Shown here: in pieces, positions 40,120 to 51,687 of the stretch
How positions within the stretch are numbered: position 1 is the first letter of the stretch
Layout: each line of letters starts with the position of its first letter
Assembly (NCBI GenBank): GCA_951406725.2
Contig: OX597820.1
Span: forward strand, 79,360,001-79,424,000
DNA length: 64,000 bases
Source of the DNA: Octopus vulgaris
Taxonomy: Eukaryota
Direction: 5' to 3'
Made by a program: the position numbers and the translations under genes
The notes under the pieces: generated by a model
What the model was told of the DNA's origin: nothing
Seen by the model: only the letters and a program-made list of their open reading frames with translations
Database searches by the model: none

Positions 40120-41540
40120 TATTTCTTTTGAATTGCCATAAAGGCATTACGTAGAGGGGGATACTACAACAGATGCAGGGACATATAACAATTAAAATAA
40201 AATATGATGCTATGAATGGCACATGAAAATGAATATGAAAAATATTAAAATCAAAATATTAAAATAAGGATACATGAATGATGCCTGAGAAATGAGAATA
40301 TGAAAAGTGTGTTACCACCTCTGAGTCCCGAGTCCTCTTTAGTCTTTGATCTAGTCTTTCAGTTACCGTTTTCCCCATCGCTGAGTGACAACACTCTCTC
40401 CTCCATGTACACGTAACCTTTTTCATCGGAGGAGGGGGTCTTGTAAATTTTGTGGTGTCTGTTTTTTCTTCTTTTTTTTCCTGTGGGGAGAAGGGGTGGG
40501 TGGGTTTGGTGTCTGTATGGGGAGGGTGGGTCTGAGTAGTCTTGGGTGGGATGGATTTGTTCTGGGGTCCCACACCAGACTGACTGTTCTTCCTCTTCTT
40601 TCTCTTTTTCCTTTTATTCTCAGTCACTGTCCATTCATCCTCCTTGTTCTTTCCATCTATCTGTACTTCTTCTTTTTTCTCCTCCATCTTCACCACAGCA
40701 TCTTCTGTCGTTATCCCCTGCAGAGGGCAGTGCACTCTAATGTAGCCTTTTTGGCTACATTTAAAGCATTGCAGAACCCTGCCCTCCACCCATATTCTCA
40801 ATACAATCTCTCCCAACGTCACCGTCTCCGCCAAACTCTCCAATTGACTCTCCTCTGCCTGTATAATGAGGTCCAGCATTTTTTCTATCCATCCTCTGTC
40901 CTCCGTTTCCGTGGCTTGGTGGACAGCCACTGCTGTCCTCACTTCCAATGAGGACAGCTGCTGCAACCCAAGCCACTTCTATATTGGATGGAATTCCTTC
41001 TACCCTCACCTTAGAAGTCTTTCTTCCAAGGTATTTGGGTAGAAGTACCACTTCCTCTGCTTTCCCCATTGCACTCACCAACCTCCTTGCCTCCTCCACT
41101 GTCCCAAACTGGACAACCACCATCCCATATCTACTTCCTTTCGCTTTGTATGTCACTTCCTTTGAAAGTCTTTTCAATGCCTTTTCTATTTTTTCCATCT
41201 CCATCTGCTCCACCTTCCTACTCTCCACTGAGTACACCTTGTAGGTAATAGTCTTCTTTTCCATATTTACCATAACCCTTTGGAGTTGGTGGGGTAATAA
41301 CTTTACGTCACTGCCCACCTTCTGTGTCATCTTACTCAGCTCCTTCAGTCCAGCTAGGACCACCTCCCTTTCCTTCACCTCTGCAACCTCAGCAAAACTC
41401 TTTACTCTTTCCAAATGCTCTTACATTCTATTTACTGCCTTAACGAGCTCCTCTTCTGCTGAGGACAGTTCATACTCACTAAGGTCGGAATACATTTTTT
41501 TTCTACCGGTATAACACCCACTGACAAACCACTGCCAAGC
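40120..41540 (-). mobile_element. Tx1/L1-like non-LTR element: ORF1 (RRM-like plus zinc knuckle), ORF2 essentially absent
   Basis: ORFs 41414-40761 and 40966-40259 join by a frameshift. They contain GRVLQCFKCSQKGYIRVHCP (CCHC knuckle, H>Y) and WTVTENKRKKRKK. The AT-rich 3'UTR ends in AATAAA. The clade assignment is inference. Confidence 0.7.
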
Positions 41541-41886
41541 AGCAAAAAAAATTCTGTCTGACTCGTCAAAAATCAACAGAACGAATAGAACTATGCTTCT
41601 AAGAAAATATTATACAATATCCTTCCATTTTTCAAAGACAGTAGACTGAATTAAGGGATATTTGGTTGTTGTTTTCAGCAGGGTGAGTGACCAGGTAGAA
41701 GATCCCTTGTTGGTTCAACTCTCTTCTTCTCAATACATATTGGTTATATGAGGAATTACATTATAGTCTTGTCCTTCTCTTTTGCTGTGTATAACTCCAC
41801 ATCTGTCTTATATAACATGATCTCAGGCAAAAAAAACTTGCCATGCAAGTGCATCTCTGCAAGTCATATATATATATATATATATC

Positions 41887-41973
41887 AAGGGATCAGGATA
41901 AAAAAAAACCCTCTCCAACATACTTGAAATAGACACCAAAGGCACTAAGGAACTTTTTTTATCCTGATCCCTT
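41887..41973. repeat. Mini-foldback beside (TA)n: 20-bp inverted repeats
   Basis: AAGGGATCAGGATAAAAAAA / TTTTTTTATCCTGATCCCTT. Confidence 0.75.
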
Positions 41974-41987
41974 AATATAATTATATA

Positions 41988-42562
41988 TCATCATCATCAT
42001 CGTTTAACATTCGTTTTCCATGCTGGCATGGGTTGGACGGTTCGACTGGGAAACCAGGAGGCTACACCAGGCTCCAGTCTGATGTGGCAGTGTTTCTACA
42101 GCTGGATGCCCTTCCTAATGCCAACCACTCCGAGAGTGTAGTGGGTGCTTTTTATGTACCACCGGCACAGGGGCCAGAGGAGGCTAGCAACAACCATGAT
42201 CGGTTGGTGCTTTTTATGTGCCTTCAACATGGAAGCCAGTCAAAGTGGCACTGGCATCAGCCACGTTTGGATGGTGCTTATTATGTGCTACCGGTACGGG
42301 GATCATAACTACAATTTCCATTTAATTTTGATTTTGATGTACTTGACTCAATAGGTCTCCTCAAGCACAGCATGTTGCCCTAAGATCCAAGGTACTTTTG
42401 AGTGGGCTGGGGCTGGTTGTGTGACACTGGTATAGGTTACAGCTGTGAACTCACTTTATTTGCTGAGTCTTCACAGTCACAGCATATCTCCAGAGGTCTC
42501 GGCCTTTCATCATTGCCTCTGCGTGGCCCAATGTTCGAAGGTCACGCTTCACCACCTCATCT
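41988..42562 (-). mobile_element. RTE LINE 3' end
   Basis: Encodes DEVVKRDLRTLGHAEAMMKGRDLWRYAV, then the shared 3'UTR and (GAT)n tail. Confidence 0.85.
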
Positions 42563-42703
42563 CGTATATATATACATATATAATTATTGATTTAGTATAT
42601 AAATTACCTACAAGTTTTTATTTCAGGCCTACTACCTGATATAACGACTAACGTGATTTTATCCTCTTCAATTCTATTAAGTATATATATATGTGTGTGT
42701 ATG

Positions 42704-42746
<43 letters not shown>

Positions 42747-43346
42747 TCATCATCATCATTTAACGTCCGCTTTCCATGCTAGCATGGGTTGGACGGTTCA
42801 ACTGGGGTCTTGGGAGCCCGAAGACTGCACCAGGCCAGTCAGATCTGGCAGTGTTTCTACAGCTGGATGCCCTTCCTAACACCAACCACTCCGAGAGTGT
42901 AGTGGGTGATTTTATGTGCCACCGACACAGGTGCCAGACGAGGCTGGCGAACGGCCACGCTTGGATGGTGTTTTTTATGTGCCACCGACACAGGTGCCAG
43001 ATGAGGGGCGAACGGCCACGATCGGATGGTGTTTGTTACGTGCCCACAGCACGGAGGTCAGTCGATACGGTACTGGCTACGGCCACGTTCGGATGGTTTT
43101 CTTGTGTGCCACAAAGATACAAATTCCATTGATGTTCATCTATTTTGATTTGTTTTGATTTGATTTTCACTTGCCTCAACAGGTCTTCACAAGTGTCACA
43201 AGAAGGAAGGTATGCACAGGTGGACTGACTACGGCCCAGGTAGGGGCCACAGGTTATGGCCTGACTAGTCTTGCCGGGTCTTCGGATGGTGTTTTTATGT
43301 GCCACCGACACCGGTGCCAGATGAGGCTGGCGAACGGCCATATATG

Positions 43347-43424
<78 letters not shown>

Positions 43425-45102
43425 TAATGGGTAATAAATGAATGGTTTACACCTGGTAGCTTACTGGTAAAGCACAAACACTTTCACAGTGATCATTAGG
43501 TATAACCCATCTTCTGTCTTTCATTTCCCATATATATATATGTATGTATGTTTGTATGTGTGTGTGTGTTTGTATGTATGTATGCATCTATCTTTCTTTC
43601 TTTTATTCGTTCTTCATTCTTTCTTTCGTTGTTTCATTCATTAGACTGTGGCCATGCTGGAGCACCACCTTGAAGAATTTTTGGCCAAATGAATCGATCT
43701 CTGGACATTTATTTTTAAGACTGGCACTTCGGGGTTGATAAAATAAATACCAGTTACGCACAAGGGTCAATGTAATTGACTTAATCTCTTTGTCTGTCCT
43801 TGTTTGTCCCCTTTATGTTTAGTCCCCTATGGGCAATAAAGAAATAGATATTTATTTTTGCTTGCAATAGCCGATTCTTTTGGCCAAACTATTATATTTC
43901 CAGCTGCTCCAGATACCAAGATATCAAAAATTGTCAAAGTGTCGTCCAACAGTTTTGCTATAGAATCGTGAAACTATTTCTTTGTTTTCTGAAAAAGCAA
44001 CATTTTTGACTTATGACACTTTTGGGCAATAGCAACGAAATGTATTCCATTTGTGACCACCATTATTGAAATTTATTCCTTTTTGTATGACTATAACATT
44101 TTTAAATGTGTCTTATTTTTCAATGTCCGTTTTATTATTATCTAAAAAAATTTGTTTTAAGATTGCAAAGGTATGGCTGGGTGGTGAAGGGGCTAACTTT
44201 GCAACCACATGGTTTTGGGTTCAATCTCACTGTGTGGTACCTCAGGTAAGTATCTTCTATTATAATCCTGGGCCAATGAATGCCTTGTGAATGAATTTGA
44301 TAGATAGAAACTGTGTGAGCATGTATGTAAACGTGTGTGTGTGTGTTTATGTGTCAATTTGTTTACGTCCCCATAACTTGGCAATTCAGTAAAAAATACT
44401 TATAAAATATGTACCAGGGTTTAAAAAAGTACTTGGGTCAATTACATATATGTAATTACATTACTTGGGTCAATTATATATATGTATATACTTACATGAT
44501 AGGTTTCTTTCAGTTATGTCTATCAGATTCCCTCACAAGGCTTTGGTTGGCCCAGGGTTATAGTAGAAAACACTTACTGAATGCGCCATACAGTGGGATT
44601 GAACCCAAAGCCATGTAGATGTGAACCAAACATAACAACTGCATAGCTATGCTGGTTTCTTCTGGAGGATGGAGAAACCTTCACTCACAAACACATCAAA
44701 GTATCCCAGTCTATTGACACACTGCATCCTCCCCATCCTCTTGTCTCTTCCACAGTTATTATAGTGGTTCATACTCTTTTAATCCTTTAGCGCTTGGATG
44801 TCCTAGCTTATAGGCTTGACCCCTGCATCCCCTTCCAGCTGAACATTCCAAATCTTGTGGGCTCATAGGTGCTGGTGTCATGTAAAAAGCACCAGTAAAT
44901 GCACCCATGCTAGTGCCATGTAAAAAGCACCCAGTACACACTGTAATGTGGTTGGCATTAAGAAGGGCAACCAGCCATAGAGAGCATCCTAAAGCAGATA
45001 TGAAGCCTGGTTAGTTCTTCAACAGGCCAGTTCCTGTCAAGCTGTCCAACTCATGCCAGCATGGAAAACGGATGTTAAACGATGATGATGATGATGATTG
45101 CT

Positions 45103-45295
45103 GTCAAATGTAATGTCTATTTAATCACGTTGTTTTGAGTTAATCATGCATTATCTTTCAGCTTTGAGATTTTGATGCTGTAATCGTTCATTTTGAGAAT
45201 GATATTGTCAGGTAGGTATGAGAGGTCAGATCCAGCTGATTTGAACATAAAACAGAATATCTGTGCCAGATATGACTTTCAGTGCTAAAAGGTTA
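45103..45295. mobile_element. piggyBac-type MITE fragment
   Basis: Ends GCTAAAAGG|TTAA. A matching other end (CCCTTTAGC..TGTCAAATGT) is seen at about 843-872. Confidence 0.45.
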
Positions 45296-46235
45296 AATTA
45301 ACAACCTCAATGTCACATCCACCACACTTCTCAAATCAACCACACCTCAAATCTCAGCCTTACCAAACCCCCACCGCTATGTATCATGCTGCCAAACCCC
45401 ATACTGAATGTCAACCAATCGTCCTTTTCTACAAATACCACATTTGTGTCACTTGTGTAATGACCATGCTTTCAATTCTGGATATTGAACTGAAGAAAAT
45501 CACTGCCCTTGGTCCTAACTAAAATATATCTTTCTATCATTCTCTCTCTTTGTAAATCTGTGTGTGTTTATGTATAAAAATTCACATACACACACAAGTA
45601 GTTTTATTTATGTTATGGAAATGCTTTTGAATCAATACTGAGATTTTGCACCAATATCTTTCAATACATCTAACAGTTATCTTTTGTCTGAAGAGAAATA
45701 TCCCAGTATTAGTCTATACACAATGACTACTTCGTCCTGACACAAAGTCATATTTCATATATCATCATCGTCGTTTAACATCCGCTTTCCATGCTGGCAT
45801 GGGTTGGATGATTTGACTGAGGACTGGTGAGCCAGAAGGCTGCACCAGGCTCCAATCTATTTCTAAAGTTTCTACAGCTTGATGCCCTTCCTAATGCCAA
45901 ACACTCTGAGAGTGTTGTGAGTGCTTTTACATGTCACTGGCACGAGGGCCAGTCAGGTGGTCCTGGCAATGACCATGCTCACAAGGTGTTTTTACATGCT
46001 ACCTGCATGGAAGCCAGTCTGGCGGCACTAGCAACAACCACACTCGAATGTTGTTTTTTACGTGTCACTGGCACATGTACTGGTAATATGATGCTGGCAA
46101 TGATCATGCTCGAATGGTGCTTTTTACATGCCACTGGCATGGGAGCCAATTCATGGCCCTGGCAACAATCACGCTTGAATGTGCTTTTACCGTTCCACTG
46201 GCATGAGTGCCAATTAGGCGGTACTGTCATCTTTA

Positions 46236-46677
46236 TATAAGCTAGGATAAGATCGTTATTTAAAATACCAATTATATCAAGTGGCTAACATGGGAATAAA
46301 AATCTTATAGATAATAATTATTATTAAAATTATAATTAAAGGTATCTAAAAGATACCACCATGCTAGGGATAGAAGTCAAAACTTGACTCTAAAACCACA
46401 TCAAGTATTCATACAGCACCAGGAGAAAAGACAAATAGACAAATAAACTGGCAAAGAATTATTGGATAATCCCAGATCTAGATTTCTAGCTTTGCATAAA
46501 AATATACTCTACCTCATCAGTGGGATATACACTGATTAATTTTCTTGCTAGTTTATTTGTCTATTTGTCTTTTCTCCTGGTGCTCTATGAATACTTGATG
46601 TGGTTTTAGAGTCAAGTTTTGACTGCTATCTCTGGCATGGTGGTATCTTTTAGATACCCTTAATTATAATTTTAATA
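46236..46677 (-). mobile_element. Foldback element: arms of about 140 bp (46322-46460 / 46538-46677) enclosing a hammerhead
   Basis: The arms are near-perfect reverse complements, followed by (TA)n. Confidence 0.8.
46469..46526 (-). ncRNA. Type I hammerhead ribozyme motif
   Basis: ATCCCA-CTGATGA-[27 nt, weak stem II]-GAAA-TCTAGA-TC-TGGGAT. Perfect 6-bp stem I, palindromic stem III ATCTAGAT, predicted cleavage after AUC (between 46475 and 46474). Confidence 0.7.
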
Positions 46678-46699
46678 TATATATATATATATATATATA

Positions 46700-46898
46700 G
46701 TTAATCCAAACATGAAAACACAAAGAGAAAACACAACAACGTGAGGACGTGGAACAAGTATAGTGTTATTGGACGCTCAGGAAAGAAGGAGGGTTTAACG
46801 TTTTGAGCAGAGCTCTTTGTCAGAATCATAGGAAAAGGAAAGATCCAAAGAAGAGAAGATGGATGAAAAAAATCGACAGCAGTACACACGCGGTCACA
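46700..46898 (-). mobile_element. Short Penelope-LTR-like element with a CpG-decayed hammerhead (46792-46828)
   Basis: ATT-CTGACAA-A-GAGC(TCT)GCTC-AAAA-CG-TT-AAAC. Both core lesions are CG>CA changes; flanked by (TA)n. Confidence 0.5.
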
Positions 46899-47708
46899 TA
46901 TATATATATATATATATATAAACCATGATTTTACCATTTAAATTACCAACTACTGTTAACCTTATAGCAAGGCCTATACATTGTGAGGTAATACACCAGT
47001 AGTGCCTACGGATACATTTATCTCTTAGACAGTTGCATAACCTCTAACTCATAATATCCCAGAAACAGTTGTAAGATTTTATCTATATCACTTTCCTTAT
47101 AAATGTCCTGAAAACTCCTCACAGGCTTTGTTATCTCATTCTGTCTAATATATATGCTAATACATGCTGATACATGACCCACATTAGATTCCTCACTCCT
47201 ATCACTATCGACCCAAGAGTTTAACTATGGTTTGTCCATAGCACTTACTTAGTGTTATCTGCCACTCTTTAGGTCTTCTAGATACCAATACCTCTCGTAT
47301 ATATATATATGTATATATATACATATAAACACCATTTGGGCATGATCGTTACCTGCGTCACCTCACTGGCACGTGAAAAAACATTCAAGCAAGGTCGTTG
47401 CCAGTGCCGCTGGACTGGCTCCTGTGCAGGTGTCACATAAAAAAAACACCATTTGAGCATCACCGTTGCCAGTACCGCCTGACTGGCCTTCTTGCCGGTG
47501 GCACATAAAAGCACCCACTACACTCTAGGTGTGGTTGGCGTTAGGAAGTGCATCTAGCTGTAGAAACACTGCCAGATCAGATTGGAGTCTGGTGCAGCCA
47601 TCTGGTTCGCCAGACCTCAGTCAAATCGTCCAACCCATGCTAGCATGGAAAGCAGACGTTAAATGATGATGATGATAGGTATGGCTGTGTGGTAAGAAGC
47701 TTGCTTCC

Positions 47709-48368
47709 AGTATAGCGTTTGTCAGTTGGATTGTGGATTTTGAGTGTAATACGTGTATTTTTTGGTTGTTTTGGTGGTGTGATGTTTTTCTTCTTGTTTA
47801 ATGGAGGGGCGTTGGGTGAGGAGCTGTGAAGGTTTGAATTATTCAGACTTTGTGAACTACTCTTCGTTGAACTTTGTGTCATCTGAGGAAGAGATGGTGG
47901 AATATTTAAAAAGAACTGATGAGAAAATGGAAACAAAAATTATGCTGCAGCAGCAAAAGAAATAAGTGAAGATTTGAATCTGGAATAATTAAGTAAATTT
48001 TCAAAAATGCTTAAAAGGGAGGGGAACAAAGTGAAGGTGTTTCCTCCCAAAGAAGTTTTAAAGGAGAAACAAGAAAGAACAATTATTTACTGGACGTACT
48101 CAGTAGCATCAAAGAGAATTGAAGTCATGTCGATGGTGCAAGTTGAAAAGGCACTTAGACCAATCTGGTTAGGGATTTCCTACCTTGCGAGAGGAAAAAA
48201 GTTTGGAATGGTGGAGGTGCAGTTCTGGGAGGTAGCTACTGCCAGGCTGCACTCAGCTACACCGTTGGGAACGGATGAAGTGGTGCTTCTACCTGTATAC
48301 CTTGGGAGGTGTTCTTCTAGGGTTAGGGTAAAGGAAATACCCCCAGAAGTGGATGTAGCCTGGCTGGT
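47709..48368 (+). mobile_element. Second, diverged Tx1/L1-like ORF1 fragment inside SINE A
   Basis: ORF 48007-48402 aligns with the 41414-40761 product (TIIYWTYSV/TITYKVYSV; EVVLLPVYLGR/EVVLLPKYLGR; VRVKEIP..VAW/VRVEGIP..VAW). Confidence 0.7.
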
Positions 48369-48795
48369 ATATATATATATGTACATATGTATGCATATGT
48401 AGGTATTTATGTGTGTCTGTGTGTTTGTTTGTCCCCACACCACTGCTTGACAACCAGTGTTGGCATGTTTATGCCCCTGTAACTTAGCGGTTCAGCAAAA
48501 GAGACCAATAGAATATATACTAGGCTTAAGAAATTAGTCTTGGAATTGATTTGTTTGACTAAAACCCTTCAAAGCAGTGCTCCAGCATGGCCACAGTCTG
48601 AAACAAGTAAAAGAATATATAAGCACCCACTACACTCACGGAGTGGTTGGCGTTAGGAAGGGCATCCAGCTGTAGAAACATTGCCAGATAAGACTGGAGC
48701 CTGGTGCAGCCTTCTGGCTTCCCAGATCCCCGGTCAAACCGTCCAACCCATGCTAGCATGGAGAACTGACGTTAAACGATGATGATGATGATGAT

Positions 48796-48826
<31 letters not shown>

Positions 48827-48829
48827 GTG

Positions 48830-49553
48830 TGTATGTTTCCTTTGTTAACAATTAACACGGAAAAAATAGATAAAGAGTTACCAGGATAGCAAAAATTCAC
48901 ACAAGTAAAAAGGGTGTAATTCCTTGTTTTTAAAGGTAGATACTCCGGGTTTACATGAAATATTTTGTATAATATATAAATAAATGGAGTTAAATGCAGG
49001 TGTTATTCAAATTCTTTTACTTCTGACACATGTTTCAAAGATATCACTGGTATTATTCCAAAGGAATAAAATGGTGTAAAACAATGTAATCTTCTCTTCA
49101 GGGAAATGAAGAAATGAAACTTGTCAATAAGACATTTTAACAGAAAATGATGGATATGTATAGTGATTAACTGAACGCTATTAAGTTTGTTTCAAAAAAA
49201 CCTTATAGGATATAACATCAAAGGTAGCCTATAGAAAGAGGAGGGGTAAAAGAAAGAAAAAAAACAAATAAATGGTAAGTATATAATGATACATAAATAA
49301 AATAAGACCCTAAAATCTTGGAAAAAGATATATCTAGTGAATGTGAAATGTAAGAAGAAAATTGATGTTTAAATTATATATAATGATAAATATCACTTAT
49401 ATGAACTAAAGGTGTGTTTCTGTAATTAATTTAGCTAATACCATCCATCCTCCTAGAAATATTAATAACAAGGTTATTGTATTTGAAGGCAATTACAACA
49501 GAATCAAGTTTATGTGAAGTAACTCTAAACACCTGCGTTTAACTCCATTTATT
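48830..49553 (-). mobile_element. Penelope-LTR-like element: 26-bp inverted arms (48979-49004 / 49528-49553) and a hammerhead at 49015-49111
   Basis: TTTCC-CTGAAGA-GAAGAT..ATCTTT-GAAA-CATGTG-TC-AGAAG. Confidence 0.65.
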
Positions 49554-49659
49554 ATATATGTATATGCATACATGTACATATGTGTTATGGGATAATACAG
49601 ACAGAGAAAGTTGATATTAGTATTGGTGTTGCATATTTCTGAGTTAACTTCAGATTTAG

Positions 49660-50370
49660 GATTCTTATTTTAAATTCCCCCATAGATTAAGATTAGGAGC
49701 AGTTGAATTCTGGATAGACAAAATCCCACATAGTATTCAAGAGAGATTCACCAAAGAATTTACATTTGAAGAATTATGATTAGTACTCAAAAATAACTAC
49801 TTCTTTGATAACTGATGTTACATTCAAATACAAGGAATGGTAATGGGAACAGAAGTCATACCAACATTTGCAACCCTAGTCATGGGATTCTTGAAGAAAA
49901 AAGAAATCTATGCCTTTTCTGGAATTATTTTTAATCATCATTTTCAATCCTGTTTAGAAAGAAACTGGAAAAGATTCTTGGATGACTGTTTTATATTTTG
50001 GAACAGAAATAAGGAAAATTTAAGAAAAATTTCTTCAATTAATAAAAAGCATTAATCCATTGATCCAGTTCACTTTTTTAGACAGCCTGATAATAAAATA
50101 AAATTAAACAGTTACCATTGATCTCCACTGCAAGGATACCAACACACACTAATACTTTAGAACTTGTCACCCATCCCTTATGTAAAAGAACGTCTCGTTC
50201 AATACTGCAAGACATATATGCTTCATAGTTGCAGACACAAATAGACAAAAGAAATGGCTGGTAAAACTAAATATGTTTCTTCAGAAAAAAATACTCCTAA
50301 AATGTAGACAATCATTCTATAACCAAAGCAAAAGCGATACCAATCTCTGTCTTACAAAAAAAACCTCACA
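49660..50370 (+). mobile_element. Penelope-like element reverse transcriptase pseudogene fragment
   Basis: Encodes ERFTKEF..LVLKNNYF..QIQGMVMGTEVIPTFATLVMGFL..WKRFLDDCFIFW..FLD..KDTNTH*YF..CHP..NVSFNTARHICFIV. Confidence 0.85.
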
Positions 50371-50827
50371 ATCATCATCATCATCATTGTCGTTTAACGT
50401 CTGCTTTCCATGCTGGCATGCGTTGGATGGTTTGACTGACGGCTGGCAGGTCAGAAAGCTGCACCAGGCTCCAATGCAATCTGGCACCTCTTTTCTGAAC
50501 CTTCTCTCCTTTCCCTCTACTGCTCTCCATCATCTACTCCTCATTTGCCTGCTATCACCTTCAGTGCTCTCACATATATCTACTGCAACCCCTTTCCCTA
50601 AGCCTCTCCTATATGTCTCACCATCATTTACCAGCCACAGTCACCTCATCCTACCCACTCACCCAGCCCAAGCCTCTATATCACCTCACCTACTCTCTCT
50701 CTCCACCCCATGTCCCTTGAGGGCATGTCCTGACAAATCCCCCCATCCCTGCCATCATCTCTTTCACTGTCACTCCCTTTATCCTATCCTCCAACCCACT
50801 TTCTTTTCTTTTCCAACTGGAGCATCC

Positions 50828-51667
50828 ATACATTATTTACATTTGACAGATATTTGTTCTCATCTTGTTTGTTATTAATACGTTTCGGCTGCTGTACCCT
50901 CCAGCCTTCATCAGGTGTATTGGGGAAATTTTGAACCTGGGTTCTCATTCCTAAGGTAATTTTTATGTTGTTATTATTATTATTATTATCATTATTATTG
51001 AGTGAGAGAGCAGTGCATGCCATCAAAGTGACACTGGGGTAAAATATACGAAGCCCAGTATACCCATCATGACTATCCGTCTTATAAGGGTATACCAGGC
51101 ACATGCATCATAACCATGTGCGTGACATGGTGATCTCATGTCAAGATAAACAGCACATGACCTTGCAGGTGGGGCCCAGTTAGAATTTTCTTCTGGTCGA
51201 GTAACCCACCCCACTCAAAAGGTCCCTGAATAAGGGTTATTTAAGGATGTTGAACGAAACACCCATGTTTCCAGAGGTGAATTATTCAAACCCCAAAGAA
51301 TCCCTCTCAACACATGGCTATGATGCTCCCCCACTACTTCTGCTCGTGATTAGAGATGCACATATCATCAGCCACTAAGGGACATGCTCAACTGGTTAAG
51401 GTCAAACAACTGACAAGCAAATCTATGGTATTGAGCAGAATATTTGCTGTAGCCCATCTTTTATACTAAGACAAAACAATGTACATGATAACACTTCCAA
51501 TCAGTTAAGATCAGAAGCCAGGAGAGTCACTGCCTGGTACTGGGAATGTATATTATTATTATTATTATTATTATTTTCATTATTATTATTATTCTGGTCA
51601 CTACCTGGAATTGAACTCAGAATCTTGGGATTAGTAGCCTGCACTCTTAACCACTACACCATATGCC
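50828..51667 (-). mobile_element. tRNA-headed SINE with a hammerhead-like 3' module, split by an insertion of about 550 bp (51000-51550) in its (AAT)n linker
   Basis: A-box TGGTGTAGTGG (51661-51651), B-box GAGTTCAATTCC (51618-51607), (AAT)n, then AATACAC-CTGATGA-A-GGCTG..CAGCC-GAAAC-GTATT (50921-50877) and an AATGTA-repeat tail. Confidence 0.65.
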
Positions 51668-51687
51668 TGTATGCTTAACAATTATAT

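Noticed and set aside
47020-47077. ATCT-CTTAGA..GAAA-CAGTTG-TA-AGAT hammerhead-like remnant
   Set aside because: Core corrupted and no stem II; too degenerate to call.
47914-47940. CTGATGA..GAAA
   Set aside because: No stems can form; a chance match at the start of an ORF1 region.
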